This document shows positions 62,820 to 64,000 of a stretch of 64,000 nt of DNA, piece by piece. The notes beneath the pieces were generated by a model that worked only from the letters and a program-made list of their open reading frames with translations, was not told the origin of the DNA and made no database searches. Origin of the DNA: Lingula anatina (lineage: Eukaryota; Animalia; Brachiopoda); assembly GCA_051362555.1 (NCBI GenBank), contig CM120649.1, positions 1,922,001 through 1,986,000 of the forward strand. Direction: 5' to 3'. The position numbers and the translations under genes were made by a program. How positions within the stretch are numbered: the stretch's first letter is position 1; the number at the start of each line of letters is the position of its first letter.

Positions 62820-63280
62820 ATTTTCCCATTTCGTACTATTTTTCCTGGAGTTTTTCATAAATTGAGCACAAAAAAAAAAGAATGATACTCGCCTTTAACA
62901 TTTTGTTCATTTCAAAGCATGGAACGTCATCTTCCAAGATCTTGTCAACAAACCGACCGGTTTTATCTAGTAGTGGTAGTACACCGTCTCTGAACTGAGT
63001 AGAGATTGACCTTTCTGCCGGCTTCAAATGGCATGTTACATATTTCTCTACTGCTCAAGTTCTTTTATATTTCCTGTAGACCATTAATTTGTACTTCAGT
63101 CTGAATCATTCTTGGTAAAGTCACCTGATGTTCTCCATAGGTATAACGTACAAGATACAGAAAATTTCCATTTCCAAGTCAACCATTTGACATTTGATTG
63201 TGTCAGTTTATTGCCGCTGATTTTATAAGTCCAATTGGCTGTTGCGATCGTCCACAGTTCTTCTGAAGACTAAAAGGCCT
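62820..63280 (-). mobile_element. Degenerate non-LTR retrotransposon ORF2 C-terminal remnant (L2/CR1-group-like)
   Basis: KLMVYRKYKRT*AVEKYVTCHLKPAERSISTQFRDGVLPLLDKTGRF...FLCSIYEKL resembles the KLRTY..FK..E.Y..RS..AQFR.G.LPL.IETGRF..C..Y pattern of invertebrate LINE C-termini; contains a stop. Confidence 0.65.
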
Positions 63281-64000
63281 ATACCGTGGGGCCATGCGTT
63301 CAGCCATGGGGTCAAGTGTGACGTGGCACCGCTTTCTTTATTGCCCCATCCATCTATCCTCTTTTTCGAGCTTTTTTCCTTTTAAACGAGGCAACAAGCG
63401 TCTTAGCATGACGCCACTTTTTTATCCACGTGAAATTAATAACGTTTCGTTGATTGTTCTAATCCATGGGTTGAAGGAGAGTTACTTACATCTGCTGCAC
63501 TCGGTTAAATGTAGACGTTTTCTATCAGATGTCGACATTAAAGTCTATCACTGTAACTGAGTGTTATATGTGTAGATGCGTGCCAGAGAGGGAACAGGAA
63601 GTTGGTACGTCTTCGTACCGTAGGACGTGTGCACCAATATTGTGTCACGCTATCAGTTCCTAGGATGATTACTGAACAATGACTGCTTCAAAGGCAGCTA
63701 TGGTCTGTCACCTTGCAAACGTCAGTTCAGTCATAACGGTCACCGATGTTTATATCTGGCTGTGCCCGTTGCCATTGGGATTTGGTAAAATTCGGAGGGC
63801 AGATGGTTGCAAGTGGCTCTAAGTTTCAAAATGGAAAATAAAAATATCATCCACATAAGTCACATATAGTGTATAAAAGGACACTTCAGTAGAAAGCGTC
63901 TGTGTCTGTGACGGTGTCTCGAGACTACTGCAGTCTTTAGCGTTCTGTTGTTTATTGTAGGTGTCACAATCTTCGTAGAACAATCCAGTAGAGGCCCCTC

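Overview
AT-rich, intron-containing animal genomic DNA (marine invertebrate, most likely mollusc/lophotrochozoan; taxon is an inference). In order, the window holds: the 3' part of a ROCO (MFHAS1-like Roc-COR) gene ending in a CARD exon; a 4-exon orphan gene; a complete 16-exon PELP1 gene, whose exon-10 donor is amplified in an in-frame 60-bp tandem repeat and whose intron 8 carries a Helentron-type element with satellite arrays; and three DHRS11-like SDR copies (two intact, one inverted copy lacking the catalytic exons). Between DHRS11 copies 1 and 2 lies a ~2,020-aa CARD-NB-ARC-(TPR)~30 STAND/NLR-like gene with a highly homogenised, hierarchically duplicated TPR array. A very young, full-length Gypsy LTR retrotransposon (614-bp LTRs, GTAT TSD) has inserted into the last codons of this gene and supplies its stop codon; its Pol carries an unusual transmembrane-like insert. 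The best candidate for an undescribed system is the CARD-NB-ARC-TPR receptor, possibly working with the nearby ROCO-CARD protein. All calls come from manual reading; no database searches were run.
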